IMG/VR virus record: IMGVR_UViG_3300049194_000050
Span: 1-33,721 of that record
DNA length: 33,721 nucleotides
Source of the DNA: a virus
Taxonomy: Duplodnaviria; Caudoviricetes
Reading direction: 5' to 3' (one strand)
Shown here: in pieces, positions 1 to 9,945 of the stretch
Position numbering within the stretch: the first letter of the stretch is position 1
Layout: the number at the start of each line of letters is the position of its first letter
Notes under the pieces: model-generated
What the model was told of the DNA's origin: nothing
Databases searched by the model: none
Seen by the model: only the letters and a program-made list of their open reading frames with translations
Made by a program: the position numbers and the translations under genes

Positions 1-126
1 TTAAATCTAGAGAATGTTTAAAATTGCCAAATATAGCTTTTAAATCTGATAAAGAAATTATTGCTAAAGAAAAATTAATTATTTATCTAATGGACGTTAA
101 TTTAATTAATATAGAGAGAATTAATA

Positions 127-363
127 ATGAATAATATTTATATATCATTGTCAGTAATTTGTTGTTCACTATCAGTAATAATTTTTTGTATATCACAATT
201 TTTTATTAATAGACTCCTTAAATTAATAAATATGAGATTATCAAAATTAGAAGTTAGGACTATATTACTTGAAAATAAAAATAAAATTCCAGAATATCTA
301 ATTACCGGAAATATTTGTAGTAAAAAATCTGTTAAACCAAATTACATTAATGAAGAAAATTAA
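127..363 (+). CDS. small protein with N-terminal hydrophobic helix
   Basis: 78-aa ORF, hydrophobic N-terminus; no family recognised. Confidence 0.5.
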   Translation: MNNIYISLSVICCSLSVIIFCISQFFINRLLKLINMRLSKLEVRTILLENKNKIPEYLITGNICSKKSVKPNYINEEN

Positions 364-379
364 AGTGGATAGTATAGAA

Positions 380-658
380 TCAATTATTTCCCTGACGAAA
401 GTAAAATACTAATATCATAGTAGCTAAAGATGGAAAAATTGTGGTACATATATCTATTAATTTCACTCCTTCTTGTGGCTTAAAAAGATATGCAATTATT
501 GTTAATATATAAAGTATTGCTAATCCAAGCAAAATTTGTTTAGCAGTATTCAATCTATCTTTTTCTGTAATAGATCCATTTAAAGATTTTTGTATATTAT
601 TTATATCAAATTTTTCTAAATTATATACTTCATCCAAGTTATCTTCCTTAATATCCAT
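380..658 (-). CDS. small membrane protein (2 predicted TM helices)
   Basis: ILLGLAILYILTIIAYLF and ICTTIFPSLATMILVFYF hydrophobic segments. Confidence 0.6.
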   Translation of the reverse strand: MDIKEDNLDEVYNLEKFDINNIQKSLNGSITEKDRLNTAKQILLGLAILYILTIIAYLFKPQEGVKLIDICTTIFPSLATMILVFYFRQGNN

Positions 659-685
659 ATTAAGTCGTCTTATGTAATCTTATAT

Positions 686-883
686 CTAAGTTATAATAAC
701 AGTTTCCTTATGGCCTTTCTTAGCAATTAATTTACCATCTGTTTTTTCTATATAAGCAGCTAACTTTAATAGAGCTATTCCTTTAGATATAACTTCAGCT
801 TTACTTTTTGAATTATAAAATTTCATTAACTCGTTAAGTGATTTTATTGCATTATTATCGAAGTTGAGTGTAATTTCTTGCAT
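686..883 (-). CDS. ribbon-helix-helix (CopG-like) DNA-binding protein
   Basis: ITLNFD beta-strand, helix, then SKAEVISKGIALL helix pattern. Confidence 0.55.
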   Translation of the reverse strand: MQEITLNFDNNAIKSLNELMKFYNSKSKAEVISKGIALLKLAAYIEKTDGKLIAKKGHKETVIIT

Positions 884-917
884 GATAATGACCTTTTGAT
901 ATAATAAACTATAATTG

Positions 918-944
918 TTTATGATATGAAAAAAATATCATAAA
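918..944. promoter_or_regulatory. inverted repeat, candidate operator
   Basis: TTTATGATAT-N7-ATATCATAAA between divergent genes 686..883 and 977..1126. Confidence 0.45.
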
Positions 945-976
945 ATATACAATTTCTTACAAGGATGATAGAAATT

Positions 977-1126
977 ATGACATTAATTAAAGGGAAAAAA
1001 GCTAGTACACCTAAAGGATTTAAACAAAACATAAAGACTGAAAGAAAAAAAGGTAAGAAACTAGATCAGTCTGTTGCTATAGCATATTCAGAAGCCCGTA
1101 GAGGAAAAAAATCTAAGAAGAAATAA
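977..1126 (+). CDS. small Lys-rich phage protein (not in ORF track)
   Basis: Manual translation MTLIKGKKASTPKGFKQNIKTERKKGKKLDQSVAIAYSEARRGKKSKKK; AAGGA upstream. Confidence 0.7.
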   Translation: MTLIKGKKASTPKGFKQNIKTERKKGKKLDQSVAIAYSEARRGKKSKKK

Positions 1127-1133
1127 ATTCTTC

Positions 1134-1826
1134 TTAGACAAAGTAAAATCCTGATACGTATATTTCACTGCTATTAGATAATGCACCTAATTGTATAGCT
1201 GCACGTGCGCCGTTATCTACAGATTCATATAAAACTAACTTTGTATCATTAATTACTATCTGTCCTGAAACTTGAACAGCACTAGCACCTAAATTTAAAT
1301 TAGCATAGCTTGTTACGAAATTAGGAACCTGATTGCTTACATTAGCAGATGTAAAAGGTAATCCAGATATTTGTATATTTCCAGAACCACCACCTATCGT
1401 AATAGCAGATAATGTGATTGTTACATGAAAATTAACTAAATTTTCAATCTTTACATACCTACCAACTTGTGCCGCATAAGTAATAGAATCAGGATCAGCA
1501 ACAGACCCTGTAATAATAGGAGTAAATGTATTTGTTGTTACAACGGAATCTACATATTGCTTTGTAGCTGCACCTAATGCTGCGACAGGATCTGCATTTA
1601 ATATCAAATATCCTGTCATTGTATCGCCAGCTAGATTTACTTTTGAATTTAGATCAGCTACTAAATCAGTAACTTGGTTTTGTGGTATTTCAATATTTGT
1701 TTCAAATAAATCTAATACTTGCTGTAGATTTTCTTTGCTTGTAACTCCTGTTTGTACAACCGCAAAAAAATCGGTTAATGCGGCAGCAGAAACAGCAGGT
1801 AAAGCGCTTATTTTAACTTTAGCCAT
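1134..1826 (-). CDS. tail fibre / receptor-binding protein
   Basis: GDTMTGYL...AATKQYVD fibre motif; C-terminal GRYVKIENLV...ISGLPF beta domain; SD TAAGGTGAGG. Confidence 0.75.
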   Translation of the reverse strand: MAKVKISALPAVSAAALTDFFAVVQTGVTSKENLQQVLDLFETNIEIPQNQVTDLVADLNSKVNLAGDTMTGYLILNADPVAALGAATKQYVDSVVTTNTFTPIITGSVADPDSITYAAQVGRYVKIENLVNFHVTITLSAITIGGGSGNIQISGLPFTSANVSNQVPNFVTSYANLNLGASAVQVSGQIVINDTKLVLYESVDNGARAAIQLGALSNSSEIYVSGFYFV

Positions 1827-1842
1827 ATAACCTCACCTTACT

Positions 1843-1866
1843 AAAAAAAGGGGCCACGTAGGCCCC
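1843..1866 (-). terminator. intrinsic terminator
   Basis: GGGGCC-TACGT-GGCCCC followed by T7 on minus strand. Confidence 0.85.
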
Positions 1867-1875
1867 ATAGGGTAG

Positions 1876-2868
1876 TTAAACTGGATTAATAGCGATCCAA
1901 TAAAGACTAGTATTAGCGCCTGGATCAGCAGAAAAAGTAATAGTTAATGTATCACCACTTGGAACTGCTTTAGTTACTGCCACGGAATTTGTAGAAGTCA
2001 CAATATTAGCCACTACAAAATCAGCTGGATCTAAACCAGTTGCAGTAAAAGCATGAGAAGTTCCCCCGCCTGCCCATGTAGCAGTTAATGCACTTTTTAA
2101 TTTAATTGCTGCACGCGCTGCTGTAGCATCAGCTGAACTTGTTAAACCAGCTCCATAGGCTGATACCGTAACGCTGCCCGCTGAAATATCTAATGTACGA
2201 TCAGCATCACCAGTTGTGACAGTTAAAGTACGATCTGCTGTTAAATTGCTTCCTGGGGCGATAATAAGATCATGGGTAGCATTTGTATCCAGAATATGTA
2301 ATCCAGTATTTCCTACTGTTACAGATCCAAATACAGCATTACTAGCAGCACCTAAACCTAAGTTTGTTGCAGATGTTGCCGCATTTGCTACATCACTTAG
2401 ATTATTAGCAGCTTCAAGAAATAAACCAGATCCGCCAGAGGAAACATTAATGATAGTAATATCATCAACACCAACCGCAGCTGGAAGTGGTTCTATAACA
2501 ACGTGCATTGAACCACCAAGGACAGTACCAGCATTTGCAGAAAAGAATTGTCCACCTTTCATCTGTTCAATTGACTGAAAATCATATGAACGTTTTAACT
2601 GCCAAGGTGTGCCCGTATCGCCTGGTTCAACAACAATATAAATACCATTTTGATATCCAGATGTTTGACTTATTAATGCGACACGATCACCTTCTTCTGC
2701 TGCTACGCTATCAATAGTTAAAGCACCAGCAGTTGCTTTTGTTAAGGTAGCACCAACACCATTATTGCTAGGGCCATTATAATAGCTACCAGCAAGATTA
2801 GATCCTTGAACTAAACGAACTGAAGTAAGTTGTTGTTGAAGATAAGTTTGAGTACGAGATACGGTCAT
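1876..2868 (-). CDS. virion appendage / fibre protein
   Basis: GDRVALISQTSGYQNGIY...LKRSYDF motif and NNLSDVANAATSATNLGLG repeat typical of phage fibres. Confidence 0.7.
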   Translation of the reverse strand: MTVSRTQTYLQQQLTSVRLVQGSNLAGSYYNGPSNNGVGATLTKATAGALTIDSVAAEEGDRVALISQTSGYQNGIYIVVEPGDTGTPWQLKRSYDFQSIEQMKGGQFFSANAGTVLGGSMHVVIEPLPAAVGVDDITIINVSSGGSGLFLEAANNLSDVANAATSATNLGLGAASNAVFGSVTVGNTGLHILDTNATHDLIIAPGSNLTADRTLTVTTGDADRTLDISAGSVTVSAYGAGLTSSADATAARAAIKLKSALTATWAGGGTSHAFTATGLDPADFVVANIVTSTNSVAVTKAVPSGDTLTITFSADPGANTSLYWIAINPV

Positions 2869-2870
2869 AT

Positions 2871-2908
2871 TTAACGCTCCATGTTAATAAAATTAAATCC
2901 ATTTAATT
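2871..2908 (-). promoter_or_regulatory. two tandem ANGGA-loop hairpins (CsrA/RsmA-type sites)
   Basis: AATTAAA-TGGA-TTTAATT and TTAAC-ATGGAGC-GTTAA just upstream of ATG 2868. Confidence 0.7.
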
Positions 2909-2956
2909 AATTCGATAGTGATTCAAAATTTTAATGGCATAGTCTTTCTCCTTAAA

Positions 2957-3841
2957 TTAGCAAACTAAATTACCACTAAAAAATGTAGTTACTGTAGAAT
3001 CACCATATACATCAACAATTTTACCGCCTGTATCATTAGCTGAAATATCCATTTGTGCTGTATCATTTGCATCCATGTCAGCTATGACAGAAAAACTACT
3101 ATATAAAGAACCGGCAAATGGAATACACATATAGCTAGCATATAGACGATTTGAAGTATTTAATCTTAAAGTACTAAAATTTGTTAATGTACTACCGCCA
3201 ACGGTTAAACATGCAAGATTAAATTCGTAACGTCCAGTCACGGGAGCAGTAAAAATTCCTGTACTATTGTTATAATCAGAATTTTGATCAAATATTTCAG
3301 TATCACAAATAATAGTATAAACAGTTCCATCACCTGTTACATTAGTACTTGTTGAGCTTTTATAAGCCAAAAATGCTGGTTGCAATGGATAATTAATTTC
3401 ACCACTAGTTGCAACACTCATTACATTATTTGTACCTAATGTAGTGCCTTGCGATAATACAAAAGGATCGGCAGTAGGAGATGTCACACTATTATCTGAA
3501 CCCCATGTCCATGTAGTTGCAGTAGTTGTTGCTTGGAATGTTGGATCACCAGCAGTTGAACCAGCGGTCGATGCTTTTATTTGTGCAGCAGAATTAGCAG
3601 TGTTATTAGTATTTTCACAAGTGACTAATCTAGTAGCCCCAGAAGCAGCATTTGTAGCTGTTATATCTGTTCCAGTAATTGCACCAGGAACACTTCCGCC
3701 AATCGTTATTCCATTAATAGTACCACCAGTTATTGTTACAGAACTTGATGCTTGAGTTGCAATTGTTCCCAATCCAAGATTTGTTCTGCTTGTTGAAGCG
3801 TCATCTATTACAAGACTTCCATTATTAAATCCGGTTGCCAT
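2957..3841 (-). CDS. fibre protein with C-terminal C1q/TNF-like domain
   Basis: PAFLAY...FDQNSDYNNSTGIFTAPVTGRYEFN...FFSGNLV matches the gC1q pattern. Confidence 0.75.
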   Translation of the reverse strand: MATGFNNGSLVIDDASTSRTNLGLGTIATQASSSVTITGGTINGITIGGSVPGAITGTDITATNAASGATRLVTCENTNNTANSAAQIKASTAGSTAGDPTFQATTTATTWTWGSDNSVTSPTADPFVLSQGTTLGTNNVMSVATSGEINYPLQPAFLAYKSSTSTNVTGDGTVYTIICDTEIFDQNSDYNNSTGIFTAPVTGRYEFNLACLTVGGSTLTNFSTLRLNTSNRLYASYMCIPFAGSLYSSFSVIADMDANDTAQMDISANDTGGKIVDVYGDSTVTTFFSGNLVC

Positions 3842-3852
3842 ATAATTAATTC

Positions 3853-5277
3853 CTATATATTAGTTAATACTAATTGATAATTATAATTCGCAGCCCAATT
3901 ATAAGTAGTAGCTGCAACCCCAGTTACCAAAACTCTTACTGTTTGTGTACCTGTATCTACTGCACATGTAAAAGTAGCAGCAGAACTAGATTGAACATTT
4001 GTTACAACACTTCCAATTAAAGTGACATTTCCTGCTGTTGCACGTCTTGCAGTAATACAAAAAGTACCGCCTACCGCATTGCTATGATTAGATTGTGCTG
4101 CTGTGATAGAACCATTCAATGTGATAGTTTCAGCTTCATTTAAAAGAATAGAGACTAGTACTGTTGGCGTTGCATTAGTAGTTTGTACGCCTGAAACCTG
4201 TTGAACAGAATTTGATGCTGAAAATCCAACAGGTTGTTTAACAGAAAGTGATGAAAATTTTCCAGTTGTTGACACATTTTCACCTATTGTCGTTCCATCA
4301 ATAGCGCCTCCCGTAATAACAACTTCAGTAGGTGCTTGTGCCGCCATTCCACTTACAATAAGAAGTGTCCATGTATTGGTATCAGAATGAGTTAAAAATG
4401 CTTTATCGCCAGGATTAGTAGTGAATAATGCAGATGGAGATGCATTTGAAAGAATTGTAACTCCTGCACCTGCTGCAAATATAATTTTTCCAGTTGAAGT
4501 TTGAGTATATTCTATGGTTGCTCCAATTTGTATTGGAACTGATAAAAATGGCTGAATGGTAATAGTTCCATTAGATACACTATCATAAAATTGTTTATTA
4601 AATTGATCTGAATATCCTAAATTTTGTGATGCAGTTATTACTTGAGCACTCCAAAATGATAAATCAGATGGATTAACTATTTCCCAAATATCAGCGCTAG
4701 TTTGTTGTATAAAACAATATGTATTAGCTCCAATAAATGAAAATTCACCACCAACTAAAGTTACATCGGTTCCTGGGGTAATAATGGCAGAAAGAGAATT
4801 ATTTATTATTCCGATTTTTGTCCCTACAGGAAAAGGAACCAATCCATTTTTAGGAATAGTTACAGTAGTAGTAGTTCCATTATTTAATGCTAAATATCCA
4901 TTTTGATCACCTAAAACTAATGTGTATGAAATATCTGATATATCATGAAAGTTTGGATTTGGGATTACTGAAGAAATAGCTGTTACTTGTCCTGTATCAA
5001 ATGTAAGAATAGGAATAGAATTTGCACCACCAACCATTCCAGATTCACCAACAGGTTGTGTTGGCAATGCTATTCGTATCCAACGTCCTGGACCAACATT
5101 AGGTTGAATAATATAAACATCATCAGGAGTAGCAGAAGAAATTGAATTTAATCTATATAATCCTAATGTTTTAACAAATACTAAAACATTATCATTAACT
5201 GTTGTTGTATCTAGTGCTTTTAATGAGGCCAAATCTGCAAATGGCTGATTAATCGTAATATCATCTAAAATAGGCAT
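3853..5277 (-). CDS. multi-domain tail fibre / appendage protein
   Basis: N-terminal PDDVYIIQPNVGPGRW, two internal repeated beta domains, T/S/G-rich. Confidence 0.7.
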   Translation of the reverse strand: MPILDDITINQPFADLASLKALDTTTVNDNVLVFVKTLGLYRLNSISSATPDDVYIIQPNVGPGRWIRIALPTQPVGESGMVGGANSIPILTFDTGQVTAISSVIPNPNFHDISDISYTLVLGDQNGYLALNNGTTTTVTIPKNGLVPFPVGTKIGIINNSLSAIITPGTDVTLVGGEFSFIGANTYCFIQQTSADIWEIVNPSDLSFWSAQVITASQNLGYSDQFNKQFYDSVSNGTITIQPFLSVPIQIGATIEYTQTSTGKIIFAAGAGVTILSNASPSALFTTNPGDKAFLTHSDTNTWTLLIVSGMAAQAPTEVVITGGAIDGTTIGENVSTTGKFSSLSVKQPVGFSASNSVQQVSGVQTTNATPTVLVSILLNEAETITLNGSITAAQSNHSNAVGGTFCITARRATAGNVTLIGSVVTNVQSSSAATFTCAVDTGTQTVRVLVTGVAATTYNWAANYNYQLVLTNI

Positions 5278-5278
5278 T

Positions 5279-5296
5279 ATAGTTATCCTTAACTAT
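5279..5296 (-). promoter_or_regulatory. ANGGA-loop hairpin over RBS (CsrA-type)
   Basis: ATAGTTA-AGGA-TAACTAT-A-ATG. Confidence 0.7.
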
Positions 5297-5430
5297 GGTC
5301 TATCCATATAAGCTTCTGCATCTCTATCGGTATATGTAATTAAATCTCTATCGGTATAACTATGATCTGGAGGGACTGGAGTCGATCCTTGGAAAAAGTT
5401 ATATACCGTTATGGGAATTGATCCAAACAT
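5293..5430 (-). CDS. small protein with YxDR repeats (not in ORF track)
   Basis: MFGSIPITVYNFFQGSTPVPPDHSYTDRDLITYTDRDAEAYMDRP; starts immediately after upstream stop. Confidence 0.6.
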   Translation of the reverse strand: MFGSIPITVYNFFQGSTPVPPDHSYTDRDLITYTDRDAEAYMDRP

Positions 5431-5730
5431 TTAGCTTCCCCATCTTAATTGGGCGGCTGCAATAGTCGTCCCTGAACTATTAATCATGATTGAATGGATT
5501 GGATGCCAAAACCCTGCCACTATATTTGGCAATGTTTCTGTTGTCCCATCCCATTTTACAAAAGATAAATTTCCAGCAGTTCCAACATAAATCCATCTTG
5601 CAAATTCTGGATATCCATATGCAACATCAAAAGTAACTGCTCCCGTTCTTACAATTCCAGCTAATTCTCTAACAGGACCTGTAAAGTTATAAGGATCTAA
5701 TCTAGGGATATCAATTGTATGTAAAGCCAT
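5431..5730 (-). CDS. small virion (spike-base-like) protein
   Basis: ARWIYVGTAGNLSFVKWDG...NIVAGFWHPI...INSSGTT pattern seen in podovirus tail regions. Confidence 0.6.
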   Translation of the reverse strand: MALHTIDIPRLDPYNFTGPVRELAGIVRTGAVTFDVAYGYPEFARWIYVGTAGNLSFVKWDGTTETLPNIVAGFWHPIHSIMINSSGTTIAAAQLRWGS

Positions 5731-5739
5731 TCCTTGGCT
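5725..5739 (-). promoter_or_regulatory. ANGGA-loop hairpin overlapping start codon
   Basis: AGCCA-AGGAA-TGGCT, ATG 5730 at loop/stem junction. Confidence 0.6.
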
Positions 5740-5747
5740 CTCCTATA

Positions 5748-7559
5748 TTAAAGTTTTAAAAATACATTTACTAAAGTTGTAGGTTGAACTGTATTGTGAG
5801 GTAATCCTCCACCTGTAGCACCAGTATTTTGTGTTTGAGAAACCCAACCAGCGCCTCCTAATATTTGAGGTCCACCAGTATTAACTAAATTAGAAAAAGT
5901 ATGAGTATGATTAGGCATCTCTGTGGTTGTTAATGTATGTACCCCTTCACCCAGATAAGTTCCTAATGCTGTTACAAAATTTCCGCTTCCATCTGATGTT
6001 AAGTTAATGGCAGTTCCTGCTTGTGCAAGATCTACAGAAATAGCAAGTTTTAAAGTATTAGCACTTAAATAAATAACATAATAAACAGTATTAACGACAA
6101 GAGGCGTAGGTAATGATCCTCCGCTAACTAAAATTGGTGTTCCTGTAGGTAAACTAAGTGGAGAAGATAAAGTAATAATGTCTGTTGCGCCTACCGCAGT
6201 AAATGAAACAGATTCAGAAAAACTATTATTCTGACCCGCTAATACCCTACCAAGAATCTTAGTAAGTTGAAGTTGTTTATTTGCTACAAAATCATCTATT
6301 CCTGTCGAACCACGTGTAGTTAAAATTCCAGTATTATCATAAATAGGTGCATAAGTAGAACTTACTGAATTCCATATAAGATCATACAATGGGAAAGTAT
6401 CAATATTATTTCTTGCACTACTAATACCAGTTGGCAATGTATAAGTTACCATAGAATCGCCATTAGAGAGCACACCATCGTTACAAGGCACCCAACCAAA
6501 TGGGACAACATTATTAAGACTTAATCTGAAATCTCCTGTACGTGGTTTAGAAATAATAGAATCTATTTCATCATAATTTTGGAAACTTTCATCAGGTGCT
6601 ATATTACCTAAGTAAAACCCTGGTTTTGCAATATCTATATTACAAGCCAAATCCAATGGATATTGAATTTGTAAGTATAATGCGTCATTTCCACATGCTC
6701 CTAATGTCTTCCCGGTTACACTCGGAACAGTTGCTGACAAAACATATGGCTCCCATGTATTTGTTAAAGTAATAGTATCTATAGTAGTTACTACAGTAGA
6801 ACTACCACCGCCATCTCCAAAAAATTGAAGTAATTGAACTACAACATCAGTGGCACCAGAATTAACTCTACCAAAAAATTTAATAGTAATTTCTGTATTA
6901 GAAAAATTCTGTACATGCAAGCAAATAGGGAATTGAACTTTCTTTTCAGTTTCTCCAGATGGTGTATTTAAACATTGATATTTTAAATAATATTCAACAG
7001 GAGCATCTCCTGTTAATGGATTGCTACCTAATGGAGTAAATAATGGGAAAGTAATTTGATCATTAGCCGTTGTATTGCTTTTAGAGAATATTATATCTGG
7101 TATAGCACTACCACCAAATCCAGAATTATTACTAGGACAAATTGTTAGAAAATCTGGTAAAGGAGTAACAGAATCCCCGCTATTTCTCCAAAATTGACTA
7201 TTTGACACATAATTAATAAGATCTATTCCAGTAGTAACAACTGCACCACCACCGCTTCCAGCACTAAAGTGATCTATTGTCCAAACAAGATTATTATCGG
7301 CATCAAAAACTTCTAGGAAATAAAGATCATCTGGATTATCACTATCAAATTTAAAATAAAATGGTCCCTGCTGCCCATTTATTGGAAACAATATTGGATT
7401 TGTCCATGCTAATGTACCTGCTGGATTAGAATATATAGCTTTATGTTGGGTAGGATTAAGGCTTCGAAAAGAATACATCTTTCCTCCACCTAATGGCCTA
7501 CCAGTTAAATCCGATATATACCAAAACGGATTAGGAGCTAGACTGTAAGAAATCGTCAT
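5748..7559 (-). CDS. tail fibre/tailspike with N-terminal virion-attachment domain and C-terminal collar/tip
   Basis: GRPLGGGKMYSF...WTNPI N-terminus; PFGWVPCNDG and HTLTTTEMPNHTH...PHNTVQPT motifs; ATG 7559 preferred by SD spacing. Confidence 0.8.
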   Translation of the reverse strand: MTISYSLAPNPFWYISDLTGRPLGGGKMYSFRSLNPTQHKAIYSNPAGTLAWTNPILFPINGQQGPFYFKFDSDNPDDLYFLEVFDADNNLVWTIDHFSAGSGGGAVVTTGIDLINYVSNSQFWRNSGDSVTPLPDFLTICPSNNSGFGGSAIPDIIFSKSNTTANDQITFPLFTPLGSNPLTGDAPVEYYLKYQCLNTPSGETEKKVQFPICLHVQNFSNTEITIKFFGRVNSGATDVVVQLLQFFGDGGGSSTVVTTIDTITLTNTWEPYVLSATVPSVTGKTLGACGNDALYLQIQYPLDLACNIDIAKPGFYLGNIAPDESFQNYDEIDSIISKPRTGDFRLSLNNVVPFGWVPCNDGVLSNGDSMVTYTLPTGISSARNNIDTFPLYDLIWNSVSSTYAPIYDNTGILTTRGSTGIDDFVANKQLQLTKILGRVLAGQNNSFSESVSFTAVGATDIITLSSPLSLPTGTPILVSGGSLPTPLVVNTVYYVIYLSANTLKLAISVDLAQAGTAINLTSDGSGNFVTALGTYLGEGVHTLTTTEMPNHTHTFSNLVNTGGPQILGGAGWVSQTQNTGATGGGLPHNTVQPTTLVNVFLKL

Positions 7560-7564
7560 TATTA

Positions 7565-7578
7565 TCACTTCCTTGTGA
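7565..7578 (-). promoter_or_regulatory. ANGGA-loop hairpin over RBS
   Basis: TCAC-AAGGAA-GTGA. Confidence 0.65.
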
Positions 7579-7600
7579 AAACAGGATAATATAACTTCAA

Positions 7601-8800
7601 TTAATGATCGTTATTATCATCCATCATATTATTGTATAACATGTTTAAAGCTCCTCCTGCACCTATTGTTGCAGCAGTAGGTAAAATTTTATTTCTTAGT
7701 CCCAATTCTGGATGATAACTACCACGTTTAGCCATAAATTCTCCTTGAGAAAGTTTATTAACTAATTCTTTAGGAGACATTTCATTACGTTTAAATTTAT
7801 TTATTGCTTTATTTCGATAAGGTATTACCTCATCGGCAAACCCTTTTTGAATAGTGTTATATCTATTTAACATTTCAGGATCAATTTTTCCTAATTTATC
7901 CTTAAACATATTACTTTGTATATCATTTATACTATCTGTTACTGCTTTATATTGTTTTCTTTCAGCCTCTCTCATAGTAGTTTGTTTTTCTAAATCTCTT
8001 TGTAAAGCTAATAAATCGCTTTTAGCTTTATGAGCATTTTGTAAACTTGGATCATTTAAAAAGTTTTCAATACCTGCTATTTTTTTCTTAGCTGTATATT
8101 TTCTAATAGTATTTATATCTATCCCTTTAGTAATATCTGATAAATCTTTATAACCTTTACTTTCTGCTTCTTTCCAAAGATCATTATACAAATTTCCATA
8201 TCTCTTTTTATTTAATTCACCAGTTTTAACTACATCTTTAGCTATACTTTTTGCTGTTAAATTCATAGGATTTAATGCAGAAGATAATTTGCCAGCTCCA
8301 TATATATTTAATGCGTTTCTTGGTATACCTCTTATTAACTCTTCACCTTCATATTTAGGTTGGCCAAATAACTGATTAATAGATTGCGTAGTATCTTCAG
8401 GTGATATTTTATTAATGAAATTTACTGCACTTTGTGGCAATAAATTTAATCTTTTATTTCCATATTCAACTAAATTTTTAGGAGTTTGGGCTAATGAGTT
8501 TATTAACTCATTAACTCCTGCAAATGCTTGGATTCCTGCATGCCCTGGATGAGTACCTAATGTTCTAACTGCTCCTGATATTTCACCTGGGGCAGCCTGT
8601 ATATATCCTGGAATATTTTTTAAAAAATTAAATCCCCCACGGATGACATCTTCGCCTATTCTAGGTACAGCTTTAATTGCTGCTTGTCCTAATGTTTCCT
8701 GCTTATCTGGGTGCATAAAATTTTGTGGTTCAGAAACTTTTTCCCAATCAGAAGAATTTTCTTGTGGTTTACTATTATTAACTATTTCCCAATCAGACAT
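7601..8800 (-). CDS. putative DNA ejection (internal virion) protein
   Basis: Position equivalent to P22 gp16; helical, SDWE N-terminal repeats. Confidence 0.6.
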   Translation of the reverse strand: MSDWEIVNNSKPQENSSDWEKVSEPQNFMHPDKQETLGQAAIKAVPRIGEDVIRGGFNFLKNIPGYIQAAPGEISGAVRTLGTHPGHAGIQAFAGVNELINSLAQTPKNLVEYGNKRLNLLPQSAVNFINKISPEDTTQSINQLFGQPKYEGEELIRGIPRNALNIYGAGKLSSALNPMNLTAKSIAKDVVKTGELNKKRYGNLYNDLWKEAESKGYKDLSDITKGIDINTIRKYTAKKKIAGIENFLNDPSLQNAHKAKSDLLALQRDLEKQTTMREAERKQYKAVTDSINDIQSNMFKDKLGKIDPEMLNRYNTIQKGFADEVIPYRNKAINKFKRNEMSPKELVNKLSQGEFMAKRGSYHPELGLRNKILPTAATIGAGGALNMLYNNMMDDNNDH

Positions 8801-9938
8801 TAGAAACTCCTAGTTTTCTAGCTTCTTCTATAGAAATAGTCTTTGTTTCTCCTGTTTTTTTATTACGAATAGTAACCGTAGGATTTAATTTTGTATGAAT
8901 ACCTTTTCTAATTTCATCACCGTTAATTAATTTATCAGCTTGTTTTTCTGCTTCTGTTTTACTTACATGTTGCTGATTCATAATATCAGCAGTTGTTTGA
9001 GCACGTTGAGTTATTAATTTATTCAAATATGATAATTGTTCTAACTTACCTTTAGCGGCATCTACAGTATCTCCAGGATTTATTTTCATATTTTGCAATA
9101 AATCTTGTTCACCTTTTCTAAATGCACCTTTAAAATCTTGTGATGCATCTCTAATAATATTTCCACTTAAAGTAACTAATTGTCCCGCCATATTTTGTTG
9201 TTCTGGGCTGCCATATCTTTGATAATATGATAATTCATGACGTCCTAAAATTGGCATTTGACGCATTTTTTCAAATTCAGGTGATTTTATAATATCGGAT
9301 ATTTGATCTAAAGTGGTTTGTTTACCTTGGCCACTAAATATTAAATCTCCTAGATCTTTAATATCTTGTGCTCTTAATTTTCCTGCTTCTTTACCTTCAG
9401 ATTTAATACCTTCATAACTACCTACATTTTCAGCAAAAGAAGGATTCATATTGTTCATCTGATTATTTGAATAATTTTCATTTTGTGAATATTGCGGTGA
9501 ATTTAAAGGATTTTTACCTTGTACAGTATAAGACTGTCCAGGTTGCATATTTGCAATAGAGTTTATATCTTGTGGAGATAAATTATCTTGATTAGAAAAA
9601 ATATTCCTATTTTGTACTTGTTGTCTCATAAGAGTATTTTCATTAACTCTTCCTCCACCAGCAGTATATAACATATTTAATGCTTGACGTTTTTGTGGAT
9701 CAGATAAGTTAGCTAATATATCTGGATTACTCATTAATTTTGCTAAAAACTGTGGCCCCATAAGATTTGAATAAGCCATTTTAGATGAAGCATCGGCTTG
9801 TAACTTTAAGGGAGCATATTGATTTTCAATCTCTCCTGCCTTCATAGCATTCATAGCTTGTTGTATATGATTAAAAGCATTAAATGCACTACCGCCTGGT
9901 TGTGCATCTGGAATAACTATTGGTAATGGTAATGCCAT
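8793..9938 (-). CDS. putative DNA ejection protein
   Basis: Position equivalent to P22 gp20; Q/N-rich helical. Confidence 0.6.
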   Translation of the reverse strand: MALPLPIVIPDAQPGGSAFNAFNHIQQAMNAMKAGEIENQYAPLKLQADASSKMAYSNLMGPQFLAKLMSNPDILANLSDPQKRQALNMLYTAGGGRVNENTLMRQQVQNRNIFSNQDNLSPQDINSIANMQPGQSYTVQGKNPLNSPQYSQNENYSNNQMNNMNPSFAENVGSYEGIKSEGKEAGKLRAQDIKDLGDLIFSGQGKQTTLDQISDIIKSPEFEKMRQMPILGRHELSYYQRYGSPEQQNMAGQLVTLSGNIIRDASQDFKGAFRKGEQDLLQNMKINPGDTVDAAKGKLEQLSYLNKLITQRAQTTADIMNQQHVSKTEAEKQADKLINGDEIRKGIHTKLNPTVTIRNKKTGETKTISIEEARKLGVSNV

Positions 9939-9945
9939 ATCTCAC

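Noticed and set aside
2216-3755. Plus-strand ORFs 2216..2578, 2508..2717, 3444..3755
   Set aside because: Antisense or shadow frames of well-supported fibre genes; the same applies to other nested ORFs inside gp10, coat, scaffold, portal, terL and rep.
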